DNA of 63,010 bases, counting the filler, from Sluysia triapertura (taxonomy: Eukaryota), in NCBI GenBank assembly GCA_046118255.1. It is 5 parts of 5 records of this genome, joined end to end, with 100 filler letters (N's around TTAATTAATTAA, not from the genome) between each part and the next. Parts side by side here need not be neighbours in the genome. Positions count along the whole stretch, not along the records: positions 25,397 to 37,036 come from JBJNIA010182579.1; positions 37,137 to 50,898 come from JBJNIA010021625.1; 3 more parts are not named here. One strand, written 5' to 3'. This document shows positions 28,401 to 41,062 of this stretch, in pieces. The notes beneath the pieces are model-generated. The model had not been told where the DNA came from. It searched no databases and worked only from the letters and a program-made list of their open reading frames with translations. Position 1 is the stretch's first letter; every line of letters starts with the position of its first letter. The translations under genes were made by a program, and so were the position numbers.

Positions 28401-29336
28401 CAAGAATAATTTCACTCATAGAATTGTAATAAACTTTACAAGAAAAATCAATATAATAATGATAATATTTTTGAATCTTAAGATAGTTATCCTAGATTTC
28501 AAGATATAAATTTTAGTTAAAGTTTAAGTCAGCCTTTTTACGGTCTGATAATAAGTAAAATATTTTAAGTCGAATTGTAGTCCTATTCAGATTAAAATTA
28601 GGACGTGCAAAAACCTATATAAAATTAAATTACTTTTCATGGACACTGATTAAATCAAAGTTTTCTTGATAGTAGTATCTTGTTGATTTTTCGATTTTAA
28701 CTTCTGTATCTATTTCTGTATATTGTGAGAAAAAATTAACTTACTTATATTCTTTTTTTATGTCCGCCATTTTGTTTGTTTCTCTTATTATTTCATTCAA
28801 ACAAATTACTCAATTTTAAATATTTTATTTTTCATTTTAATGCGTTATTTTAATTTGGTAATTTATATTTTACTAAACAAATTTATATTTATATAATAAT
28901 GATAATATTTACATTTTGGGATAAAATAAATAATATCAACAATAAAATGCATAATGATGTAGATAGTAAAATCATTTAATAATAAAAATTAATAAAATAA
29001 ATCAATTAGTATGATGAGTTAATAAAATAAATCAGTTTTAATGATGATCAGTCTTATCTTCTTCCAATTGTCTTTCCAATCCCAACAGGCTTAACTGTCC
29101 AAACTTTATTGTTTTATTCTCTTTAGGATAAAAATGTGTAAGAATTAGATCTTTTTTATGGTCCGAATACATACCACTTTGTTTCGATAACAAGACCGCG
29201 TCGGATCTTTACATGAATAACTTTTTAGTATATTAACCCATTTAGGTATGAGACTGCTCATAAAGCATATGGCAAAGTCGGACATCATAGTAAAAAACAT
29301 AAAACATAGTATCAGGCACAATCATTGTATTTTTGG

Positions 29337-29660
29337 TTATTTAGGAGCAATTCGGTACGTCAAATGAGCATAAGTGGTACAATCTTTGAAATCATCATCA
29401 AAACCCTTTATCATGTGCCTCAAACCACTTTTTGCTAAATGAAAAGTAACACATCTCATTAATATGTCATCTGGTGATAATTTTTTAACATCATCAGTAT
29501 TTTCATCAGATTTTTTTAATTCGGAAATTTCTGGATGTAAATAAGAGCTTATATCTTATATACATCCAATACGATTAATTTGCCATAAAAATTCTAAAAT
29601 ATTTGTCGGAGAACCGTTGTAGACTTGATTTAAATCATTCGATCCTAAATTAGCACAAAT
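29337..29660 (-). pseudogene. Plastin/fimbrin pseudogene fragment (CH1-CH2 of actin-binding domain 1)
   Basis: One frame reads CANLGSNDLNQVYNGSPTNILEFLWQINRIGCI*DISSYLHPEISELKKSDENTDDVKKLSPDDILMRCVTFHLAKSGLRHMIKGFDDDFKDCTTYAHLTYRIAPK*. Compare plastin NIGAEDL..GKPHLVLGLLWQIIKIGL...LSPEELLLRWANFHL...DIKDSKAYFHLLNQIAPK. Internal stop and a W-to-C change. Confidence 0.8.
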
Positions 29661-32508
29661 TGAATAATACAAATTTCGAAATACAATAGCAATAAGCATG
29701 AAACAATTATGAATATGAGACAACGATAAATACGAGAACATATTATAACCAAAATATTGATTTTTTTATAATTATAAATTATTTATTTATCTTATCATTG
29801 AAAGAGAAAATTTTGTATAATTAGATTTAAAGGAGATAAATAAAACATTTTAATAAAGTATTAATATAATTATAATTATTATAATTATTTTTTACTGAAT
29901 ATTTTAATATCCAAATTTCTGAAAGCCAGGACAAAGTTTGTTTATTATTAAATATAATTGTTTTAATTATGCATTTCTCATTCCAATAAAATACTACTTA
30001 TTCGTTACTTACTGATGTATATGCTTGAATGGTGTCATTAAGTAAAGTGAAATTGTGTTTTCATTTAAGCGATGTAAGTTAACAGCCATTCTCGATACCC
30101 AATCAATCAAAGTATAGAAAGTTCAATTTCGATTTTGGACTCGTTGAAACAGTCGGTTTCTGACATGGAATTGAGATTGTGAATTATACGATCGACTGTA
30201 ATGTTTGTTTATGTGTATGTTTGTGTCCATGATATAAGATTTGTATATGATTATGTATGATTACATCTGTACATTGTACATCATTATTGTTATTATTTTC
30301 ATTGTTATTATTGTTATCAATATTATTATTAACATTATTATTATTATTAAATATCATTGTTATCATTATTATTAGTATTATTATTACTATTATTGTTAGT
30401 AGTAGTAGTGCTATCAGCGTTTAATGATGAAGATTTTGATTACGACGATGATGACGATGATATTGTCGGTGCTTGTTGTAAGTTTTGTGAAATGTTCTTC
30501 TGTGTGGTTTATAAGGTATCGTTTGATTTGATCTTTTCTCTTGACGGAATTTTCAATTCTTATAAAATTATCTTTATTTGAATGTCTAATACTTAATAAC
30601 CGGCGAGACTCTTGCAATTACTTTTATTAAGAAAGTGCCGTTTCTGTCCAAGAAATGGATTTATCGTTGTAATTCCTCTTTATAGTTATTTACTCTTATT
30701 CACTTGCTTAAATATTTTCAATAAACAAGTCAAAAGAATTAACTTAACTTAACACACGCATATATAAGCGTATAAATAAAAACTTTATATGATAATTAAT
30801 CACTCAAAAAAAATAAAATAATTGTTAAATTATTTTAAAACTAGATTTATTCTATATACAAAAATATGAAATTTAGAGATACCAATTAAGATAGTTTCCT
30901 AATATAACAATGATTTTAAATCTTCCTTTAAATAAGATGGGAACTTATGCAATAAAATATTATTCTCGCTTTCTGTTAACAGAATAATAATCACTCAAAA
31001 AAGGATCAATATGAGAATTTCTCCAATTAAGAGTTACTTCAAATAAGAATTTTAAATTATATATTTTGTCATAATTTTTCATAATTTGTCATACTTTTGT
31101 TTCTCATAAAAACACATGTTATGAATATTTTATTTTTGCTTCTCATAAATTACGTAAAAATATATTGAATTATTTTGTAAACATGAATACATTATTTAAG
31201 AATATGAACACATTTATATAAATTTATATAAATATTTTATTAACACATTCTAGGCGGACTATTTTGTAATTCTGAAATTTCTTCACAAAATTAATAAACT
31301 ATACTCTGTACAGAACTTACTAACTTGTTTCCCGCAAAGAATGCGTTAACATAACTATTTTATCTTAAGAATTATGCAAACACTCAGATTGTAGATTGTA
31401 AATTCAGGTTGTAAATATTAATCAATAATTGTAAATATTCAGTTTGTAAATACTAATATTTATAATAGTAACTATTACACACATATCTTAATAATCAATA
31501 ATTCTTAGACACATTTTATTTTGGAATAACATTTTATTTTATTTTGGAATAATTTAAATATAATATTAAAAAGGAATTCAAATATTTTGTTAACATTAAA
31601 GTAAGTAGTCATTGTGGTTTGATTATTATATTTATTATTTAAATTATTATAATTTAATTATTAAAGTTATTATGTTGACAATTTTTGAAAATTATTATGT
31701 AATTTATTATGTTAAAAATTTTTGAAATGTTTAATTTATAAAAATTATTATTAAAACTTTGTTTGAATTGACTTATTATAAATACGACTAACCTTAGTAT
31801 ACAGCACACACTTTTTTGAAAATCTTACGAAAGTTTTCACTCATTCTTATTACAAAACTTAATCAACCAGTACAGTCACAAGTCTTTTCAGTCCAGCACT
31901 AACCATATTAGTAACAATCTAACTTCAAATTTCGTGACAATTCAAATAGATATCAATTGATTTATCAATAACTCTTTGTCATATCGTTAGCTTTTTATTG
32001 ATAAGGAATTCGCAATATTTAAAATTGCATTATTAAAATAAACGTAAATTTTTTATTTAAATTTGCAAATAGCTATCTTTTATTGATATCTCATTAAAAT
32101 ACGATTATAAAATTATTTGTTTGTGATTATTTTCATTTAAAAAATAATCTTTTAAATTTTTATTTATATTATAATTCCTTTAAAAAATATTTTAGTCATT
32201 TTTGGTATAATAAACGTATTTGATTTTACACAAGTTTTGTCAATTTTACTAAATCTAAATTATCAAAAAGAACAGGTTCCGTGTAACAACCTTATTAAAC
32301 TATTTTTATAAATTTATAGGTTCAATTTAAGAACCTTATTAAAATCATTACTGGTTCCGAGTAAGAACCAAATTAAGATATCATTTTAACAACATCAATT
32401 AAATTAAAGTAAATATAAGAAAATCCTCCAAGATATTTTGACAGCTTTACACTATTATTCATACAATAAATCCAACGGTTGGCCGTTCTTTCAATAAGCC
32501 CAATACGT

Positions 32509-32521
32509 TGGTGGACTCACC
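32509..32521 (+). promoter_or_regulatory. Primer-binding site (tRNA-Ala-type, TGGTGGAC...)
   Basis: Starts with TGG, lies immediately upstream of the internal coding region, and is conserved at 3719 and 52360. Confidence 0.7.
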
Positions 32522-32991
32522 TTTTATTTTTATTCTGCACACGTCACACTCTTTCTTACACTTTAAAAGAGCCCACAAGATACATTTAAACAACCATGGG
32601 GAAAATTCCAAATATTAGTACAAGCGTTTTCTGGATTAATAGGAACATATATAATAATTAAGGTAATAGCGTTAATAATTTCTCAGGCATTTTCAGTAGT
32701 CGGAATTTACAAAATTTCAGGAAACTAATAATTTGATGCTTTCTGTTTTTAACAAAGTATCTCTTACACCATCATGCTAATGCTAAATAAATACATTAAG
32801 AAAAGAGAGGCAACAATTAAAATCATTACAAAACAATGAGAATGAAGAAGTTATAGAAATCAAAAATGCATTGAACATTCAAAAACCATAGAAATAACTA
32901 GAGAAAATCAGAAAAAAGGAATATATCTTATTACTCCAACGTTACCACGCATGTAGTATATATAACATGCAGTGGCTCAAAAAGATCAATA

Positions 32992-35900
32992 GTAAATGCT
33001 AGAATAAAGGGTGGAATAGTATCAGCACTAATTGATACAGGAGCAGTAGTCTCATTAATCAATGAAAATTTCCTAAATAAAGAAGAATTGAAAAATTTAG
33101 CTAACCATACCTCTCATATATCAGGAGTTACAGGTGAGGCGATCAATATAATCGGTGTTATGAAAGCTATCTGTGAAATAGGACAAAATAGGTTAGAAAT
33201 TAAATTAATGAGAAAATGTCCGGAAGAAATGATAATGGGAATGGACATACTATCATAATTAAAAAGGATCACCTTAGATTTTGACCAAAAAAAATTAATG
33301 GACAGCCGATCGAAAAGAGCTATTGACGATAATGATGATTTATATTTCGATGAACTAATTTGGCTATTGACAAGAAGCGAATATATACTGCCATTTAAAA
33401 CAAACAGTCTATTAACTGGAAATATCATGTTTATTGCATCAGAGGCTAATCAAGAAAAATTAAATATAGGAATAGCTAGTAGAGTATGCAATAATTGTGA
33501 CGGAAAGATACCTGTTCGAATTATAAATTATATGAATGATAATAAATGGCTTTATACGGGAACAAAATTAGGAAAAATTGTCAAGTATACGATACTTGAG
33601 CATACTAACACGATTTCGGAAGATAAAAATAAGACTAAAAGTAATATAAAATTACAACATGAAAGACAAGTTGAAGATTATGGCGAAATTGAAATCATTA
33701 ATAAAAATTTGACAAAGAAACAAATAGACCAATTATATAACGTCATTTATCGTTACCCAAGAGCAATAGCCAAAAATAAATATGACATTTGAAATTCGAT
33801 AATAATAAAACATGAGATACCATTAATAATAGACAAAGTAATCCGAAAAAAGCCATATAGAATACCGATATATAACCAAAAGGAGATGCAAGAACAAATA
33901 GACACTATGAAAAAGGTCGGAGTAATAAGGTCAAGTTTTTCACCTTTCTCATTTCCATTTTTATTGGTTAAAAAGGAAAGATGGTACGATGTGATTTTGT
34001 ACAGATTTTAGAGAATTAAATAAGATAACAAGAAAGGACGTATTCCCTCTACCGCAAATAGATAAAATGTTAGACAAACACCACATATTTTACAACTCTC
34101 GATTTACAAAGCGGTTATTGGCAAATGGAAATAGCCGAAAAAGACAAACATAAAACCGCATTTACTTGTGACGATGAATTCGGATTAGCTGGTGCCCCCG
34201 CAACTTTCCAGAGGTGCATGAATTTTGTATTATCAGGATGTAAAAAAGTTATGGTATATATTGATGATGTAACAATATTCTCCAAAGAATTCGTTACATA
34301 TGTAAAAGATATTGATAACATCTTAAATAGACTAGAAATAGCTAGGTTAAAAATCAAACTGACCAAATGTGTTGGAGCTGAAGAGAGAGTTGAACTTTTA
34401 GAACATATGGTGTTAAAAGGCGGAATAAAGCTCAATCAAAGAAATGTAGAAAAAGTAGTAAAATTCCCACAACCTGATAAGGTAAAAAAAGATTCAAATT
34501 TTTCTAGGACTAGCTAATTATTACAGAAGATTTGTTAAAATTTTGCTAAAATTGCACAACCACTTAGAAAATTAACATGGAAGAATGTTGAATTTAAGTG
34601 AACGATGAACATACCAAAGCATTAAGGAATTAAAAGAACGATTAACTACGGCATCAATATTAATTTTTTTCGGACATTAATGAACCATTCATACTAACTG
34701 CCGATGCTAGAAATTATGCTATTGAAGCAATTTTAGGGCAGAAAGTTAAGAATAATCTGGAAACAGTTATTGCATATGCCAGCCAACGGTTAAATAAAGC
34801 CGAAATGAACTATTCTACGATAGAAAGAGAATGTTTTACCATAGTCTACGCATGCAAACTATTCAGGCATTTTCTGTTAGGACAGAAAGTTTACCTATAT
34901 ACCGATCACAAACCACTAACATATTTATGTAATCATAGGGATTAGGTTAGTAGGTTAAATAGGTGATTTAACAAATTAGCAGAATTTAATTTAGAAGTTA
35001 TTTATAAACCTGGATCACATAATAATGGTGCTGATTGTATATCACGTTTAATAAACCTAGATTATAAAGGAAATATTAATTTTGTACAAATCATGTCAAT
35101 ATCAGAGAAAATACATGACACCAAAGAAATCACTACACATCAAAGAGAAGATAAGGACACCGCTTATAATATCGATTCATTAGCAAAGGGAACATTAATT
35201 GAAAGTCAAGCAAAATGATTAGCTATCACTGACAGAATACTCACATTTAGGAATTCTAAAGATGAATGGAAAACAGTTGTCCCTATATCATTGGTAACGC
35301 CAGTATTAATACAATTTCACGACGGACAGTTTGGTAAACATCTTTCTGAACACTATCTAGAATAAAAGACAAATATTACTGGGAAGATATGGAAGAGGAT
35401 ATTAAAAGTTGGTTATTAAAAGTTGGATATGTTGCAGAAGAAAAAATACAGAAACAAAAACAAAAGTGGCATTAAAACCTATGCCTATACCATTGGCACT
35501 AATGGAATTCACAGCAAGGGACATAATGGGACCACTACCAGAAAACGGTAACAAATATATTTTTGTGTTTGCTGATTACTTAACCAAGTGACTCGAGGCA
35601 TATCCAATGCCAAATCAAAAGGATGAAACTATAGCACAGATATTTGTAGAGAAAATAATTTATAGATACGACACACTACGAAAATTACTAACAGATCAAG
35701 GTACAAATTTTACCAGCGATGTAATTAAATCAGTAGTAAAATATTTGACATTATTAGAATTTATACATCACCTTATCATCCACAAATAGACGGATTAGTT
35801 GAACGTTTTAATTGAACATTAATAAACATGTTACAATCATATGTTAATGACAGATAATCTGACTGGGATCGAATCATGTTTATTCGCTTACAGAAGTTCG

Positions 35901-36333
35901 GTACACCAAGCCACGAATTTTTCACAATTTTATTTAATGTACGGGCGTTATACGATTATGCATGTAGATTTAGATCGGATACAACCAACATCGCAGTACA
36001 TGGAAACGCCGGAATATGTGACAGTAATGCACGAAAGATTATAAGATGCATGAAAACGCGCTGGACTTATATAAAGATGCATACGATAAAAAAGCTAAGA
36101 AACACAATTTTCAGATTGGTGACAAAGTACTCATCGAATATCCATTAGTTAAACCAGGACAATCACCGAAATTACATAAGCCCTTTAAAGGACCATATGA
36201 ACTGATGAAAATTACAGATACGAACTTATTTGTTAAAGATGCTACTGCATTAGATTCGGAAACGTTTATAGTGCATATGAATAAATGTAAAATAGCACCA
36301 AACGACAAATATAAATTAAGAAATCAATACTAA
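32992..36333 (+). pseudogene. pol: Gypsy pol pseudogene (protease, RT, RNase H, integrase)
   Basis: Protease ALIDTGAVVSLI (DTG at 33034-33042) and MIMGMD. RT KTAF...APATFQR and YIDD (34257-34268). RNase H TADARNYAI...IAYASQRL...YSTIEREC...TDHKPL. Integrase DIMGPLP...FADYLTK, TDQGTNF, FKGPY. Many stops, frameshifts and small deletions. Confidence 0.92.
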
Positions 36334-36347
36334 AAGTTAAACCGAAA

Positions 36348-36680
36348 ATGAAGGACCGAGATAAGCCGCCTTCAGTACTATCATTGGTTTATAAACAAGT
36401 AGTAATGATGTTCAATGTTTCAACTGGAGTACGAACAAACATTTTTCAAAATGTGCGATTTAATGGTAGATGGATTCAAGCTGTTATTGACACAAGAGTT
36501 ACCGCATCTGTAATACATTATAATTTTTTGACTACATGGGAACTTGTGTTTATGAATTTACCACAAACAATAATTTATAATGTACAGCGAGCACCAATAA
36601 GTATGATATATTGGATATATTGGATAAACGCGTAAATGAATATATATACGTTTTGGAAGATTCCCCTTTAGATTTATGTG
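36348..36680 (+). pseudogene. Second retropepsin-like aspartic protease ORF downstream of integrase
   Basis: ATG 15 nt after the pol stop. VRFNGRWIQAVIDTRVTASVIHYNFLTTWEL, then after a frameshift DILDKRVNEYIYVLEDSPLDLCG. DTR is one base (GGA>AGA) from DTG. Confidence 0.6.
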
Positions 36681-37136
36681 GTTGTTCCGCTCTATGTTCA
36701 TCATTGTCTTCTTCATACGAGTATCTTCCATCACCATCTCGGTTTTCTTCTCGTTTGTACAGTTCTTCTTCGGGAAATTGTTCAAAGAAATGTTGTCGAA
36801 ATTCACATATTCGTCTGCTACTGTTGTTGTTGTTGTTGTTACATTCATACAACTGTTGATCTTGCTGATGCTGATACTGATCTTGTGACTGTGATTGGTA
36901 ATGATGTTTTGAGGTGCTTCGACAGCGTGTGTATTTTTTAATGTCGTTGGAATAGTTTTGTCCAAAGACATTACTTTGGTTTTGATTTGTTTCGTTTTCA
37001 ATACAGCAACATTTGTTACTATCGATTTTTAATAATNNNNNNNNNNNNNNNNNNNNNNNNNNNNNNNNNNNNNNNNNNNNTTAATTAATTAANNNNNNNN
37101 NNNNNNNNNNNNNNNNNNNNNNNNNNNNNNNNNNNN

Positions 37137-37170
<34 letters not shown>

Positions 37171-40100
37171 TCTAATATAAATTGCAAATTCATTTTCAAT
37201 ACGCAAGACAAATTTGTAAAGGCATTTATATCGATTAGCATCTTAGCGTGACTTTCAGAAATCTATTTTACTTGTCTAATAATATACATGATAAAAATAA
37301 TTGTTCACAGAATCATTTTAAATTATACTAACCAATGAAAAATTCGAATTAATTTTTTATTCATTTTTAATCATTTTGTTATTTTCATTAACTTACTTAA
37401 AAACATTTGCTCTTCTCGCTGAACAGAATAACGATCAACACTCTTTGAATCAAGATAACTAGAACAATTGCTAAATATTCTCTGTAGATCGATTTTGAAA
37501 GAACCAAAAGAGTTTCGTATTTCGAATTTTCGAATTTTATTTTCCTGTTATTAAATCGATTGGATTTTTAAAGATACTTTGATATTTAGGATCTTTCCTG
37601 GAATTTCTGAGTATGCTTATTGCATTGGAGCTTTTCGATAATTTATTTATTATTTCCATTAATTTTCGTTTCGTCTGTGGAAGTAGAAATATTTTGTGTA
37701 GATTTGGTGTTTTGATTATTGATTTTGAAAATTTGTTTTTCTTATTTTCTTTATCGCGACACTTAGGACATTTTTATTTTCCTTCAATTTTAGTGGTTTC
37801 TTGGTCAGTCATATAGACAAATTTAGGATGAAACCTTGTTGTCGTAGTAATCATATGCCATGTAGATATTATATTTTTCTTTACATCTGCAATAAGCAGC
37901 ATTTTCATCCTCTGAATCTGAATACCCGATAATTGGCTTCCTCACAATTGCTGCTTCGCATTTGCGCATATGCTAAGGATATTTATAACTTGTGATCTTG
38001 GCAGCTTTTTCGTGATTTATATGGTACCAATTGTTACTTAAGTCATATCCTATAGAGGTTTTGATTCATCATGGAGTTTTCGACGTATACAATATAATGT
38101 TCCATCTGATTTTTGTAGTTCGTACATTTTAATTGGCAGTAACGAAAAAAGGAGATTCGAAGAGTTTGAAAGTGCTCTTCGGAATGATGTTAATGAGAAA
38201 GAGTGAGGCGATATCGCCGATCAATTGTCACAGTTTATGTATTAATAATATTATTTTAGTTTTATAGTTTGTATAAAATGTAGTGAGGTTATACTTTATA
38301 AGAAATATTTATAAGTGAATGTGATGTGAATTTGTAAATGCAAGTGGAAATAAAAATGCACTATATAACTGGGACACCGCAACATTGGCAGAACCTGCCA
38401 ACGGCAATGCTCGTGCAAGATTTATGTAAGGTGAATTGTATAAAAACTTTTCTGTTAAAAAAAACGATTTAACTAAATATGTAGCTTAAAATCTGCTGTA
38501 AAATAATGTTTGTACTATTTTTTAAAAATTATAATAATTTTATAATCGATACAACTGATATTAAGTGAATAATTTCATAGATAAACTTTTTAGAATTTAA
38601 TCGAATAATTATTAAGTATTTGTATAAAAGCTCGATAAATATACTAAAGTAATAGGTATAGTAACAACTAAGAAGTCACACTCAAGTAATAAGGCATTCT
38701 TTTGTGCAGCACTTGACAACAAAAATCATGTGAGCATGTCTTTCGCGTAATATAAACCGTGTATCACAGGCGAACCCGTATATTTAATAATTGATTCAAG
38801 CTTAGAAAAGTTGAACATATTTGTTATTCTGGGACTTATGTATAACTGTGATCATTTGGATGCAATTGTTAAAACACTATTCTCGAAAAAAAGTGAAAAA
38901 ACTTACAAATAACGATTCATATTTCCTAATGATATACTGAATGTTAACTTGAGGTGTGCGAGTTTGTAATCAGCCATATCATGTGGTGAGAAGTTTTGAA
39001 GTTGCGGTTGTTAGAAATTTAATGAAACATTATCCTAACTGATATGCAGCATCAAAGGTAGAAGCTTGCAAATTCTGTTATGTTTATAGTTGTGATAGAA
39101 ATTGTACAGTGACCTAAATGATGAATGTTAAAAGTAAATTGAAATTTTATGCAATTTATGTATGCTGATATTTGAATTATATGACAAAATGCAGAATATG
39201 ATGTTTAAAAAGTGGTAAAATTGTGATGTATTGAGTTTGTGCGTGTTTTGCATTGAATGTCTGTGAACGTTAGATTTATAAGTTATGAAGTTAGCAGTAC
39301 ATTTAACATAAATTAAGAACCTCACAAGAATCCTGACGTCATTTTTATTCATAAAGTGAACTTGGTGTGCATTAAAATAATTTTTAATATATTGATGAAG
39401 AAACTATTTGTCTATTATTACTTGAAAACTATAACAACATTCGGTTTATAGTCTTCGTTATAGTAAGATCTTATTTGATTATGACAAGCTAAATTATATT
39501 AATTTTCTGTTAGCGAAGGTTTTCAATCAAATCTTTGTATTTGAAAGGATTTTACATTATAAATTCAAAACCTATATCATTCAATGTATTAGAGATAACA
39601 TAGTGCTTGTTAAATGATTACAGATATTATATTTACAAAATGAGTGAAAACGTTATTTAAATTTTAGGATTGTGCTTAAGGCTTTTTAGATACATATAAA
39701 TCGACTTAAGGTTGTTTACAAATCTTAATATTACTCTCAAGACGTTTATTTGCGTACTCAAATCAAAAGATGATAAACACGGAAAAAATTTTTTATTAAT
39801 GAAAAATTAAACAAGATAATACATAAAATATTAATTTTAAACAGGAAAACTATGATTACATTACTTAGAATTACAAAGTCTTTAATAAAAATATAATTTC
39901 CTAAAAGGAAACGATTAAATCTAATATTTAATTTGTATTAAAGTATAAATAATACAGCAAAATATTTAGTGATCCAAGGTAGCTATAGAATTTAAAGTAT
40001 TTTGAATTAAGTCTAATGTCATAATTTCAATACTAACATTATTACGGAATTGACGGCAATGTTATTATGTTTCGAAGTAAGAATTAGTAAAAAACAAAAC

Positions 40101-40269
40101 GTATCAATTAATTATTTCGATTTACCTTGGTAATAATTGAATATAAATCTACAGGCACTAATAACATCCATCTGGCAAGCTTTGAATATCTGGATGCTGC
40201 ACTTCCTTTGATTCATCATGATTTAAATTCGCTTCTGACTCTTTGTAATTTGTATTTATTCCATCAATT

Positions 40270-40700
40270 AGCCCATTGTATTTTATTTTTAGTTTAGCAA
40301 TAACTTCTTTAGTCGTTACATTTGATCTAATATTTAACTCGTTGTACTTACTCTTTAATTTAGCAGCTACTTTATCACACTTTGTATTTAATTTAACATT
40401 TAACTCATCGTATTTTGTTTAGTTTATCATTTAAATCATCATAATTATTATTTGATTTAGTATTCATCTGATTACACTTCATGTTTAGATTGACGATTCA
40501 TCACCTAATTCATAAGATTTAACATTTGATTTAATAACTAACTCATCCAGTTATTTAACATTTAGTTTGACACTTAGTTCGTCGTTCTTTATTTACGTGT
40601 CGTCATTCAACTCATCATACTTAAAGTTTGATTGGTAGGTATACTTATACTTCATCAGATTTACCATTAAATTTGATAATTAAATCATCATGTTTAATGT
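40270..40700 (-). repeat. Degenerate 33-bp (11-aa) coding-like tandem repeat
   Basis: Recurring minus-strand motifs KHDDL, KYDEL, KNDEL, KSYEL and KYNEL at spacings near 33 or 66 bp. Frameshifted. Confidence 0.5.
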
Positions 40701-40986
40701 TTGTTTCATCATTTACATAAACAATTTGCTTTCATATTATAAGGTAAATTTTATTTCTAAATTTTTTTACGTACAAATAACCAGTATTAGCAAATTTTGT
40801 CTGAATTTTTAAAACTTTTAGTTTTGATTTTTTATGATGACATTTTTATTTTTGACTATTTTTTATTTTCAACACAGGCTAACACATTTTAATACTTGAT
40901 GTTTCAATACATTGAATGAAATGCGAATTCACATTTCGTACACATTTGCATTTCGTACAAAAGATAAGTAATATTAATTGAACAGA

Positions 40987-41062
<76 letters not shown>

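Larger units (their letters stand above)
31176..36680 (+). mobile_element. Degenerate Ty3/Gypsy LTR retrotransposon (5' LTR, PBS, short gag remnant, pol, extra 3' ORF); no 3' LTR visible
   Basis: Domain order PR-RT-RH-IN. PBS TGGTGGACTCACC at 32509-32521. The LTR 5' boundary is approximate. Confidence 0.9.

Noticed and set aside
33114-36308. Minus-strand ORFs 33114-33428, 34115-34435 and 36111-36308
   Set aside because: Antisense shadows of the pol reading frame.
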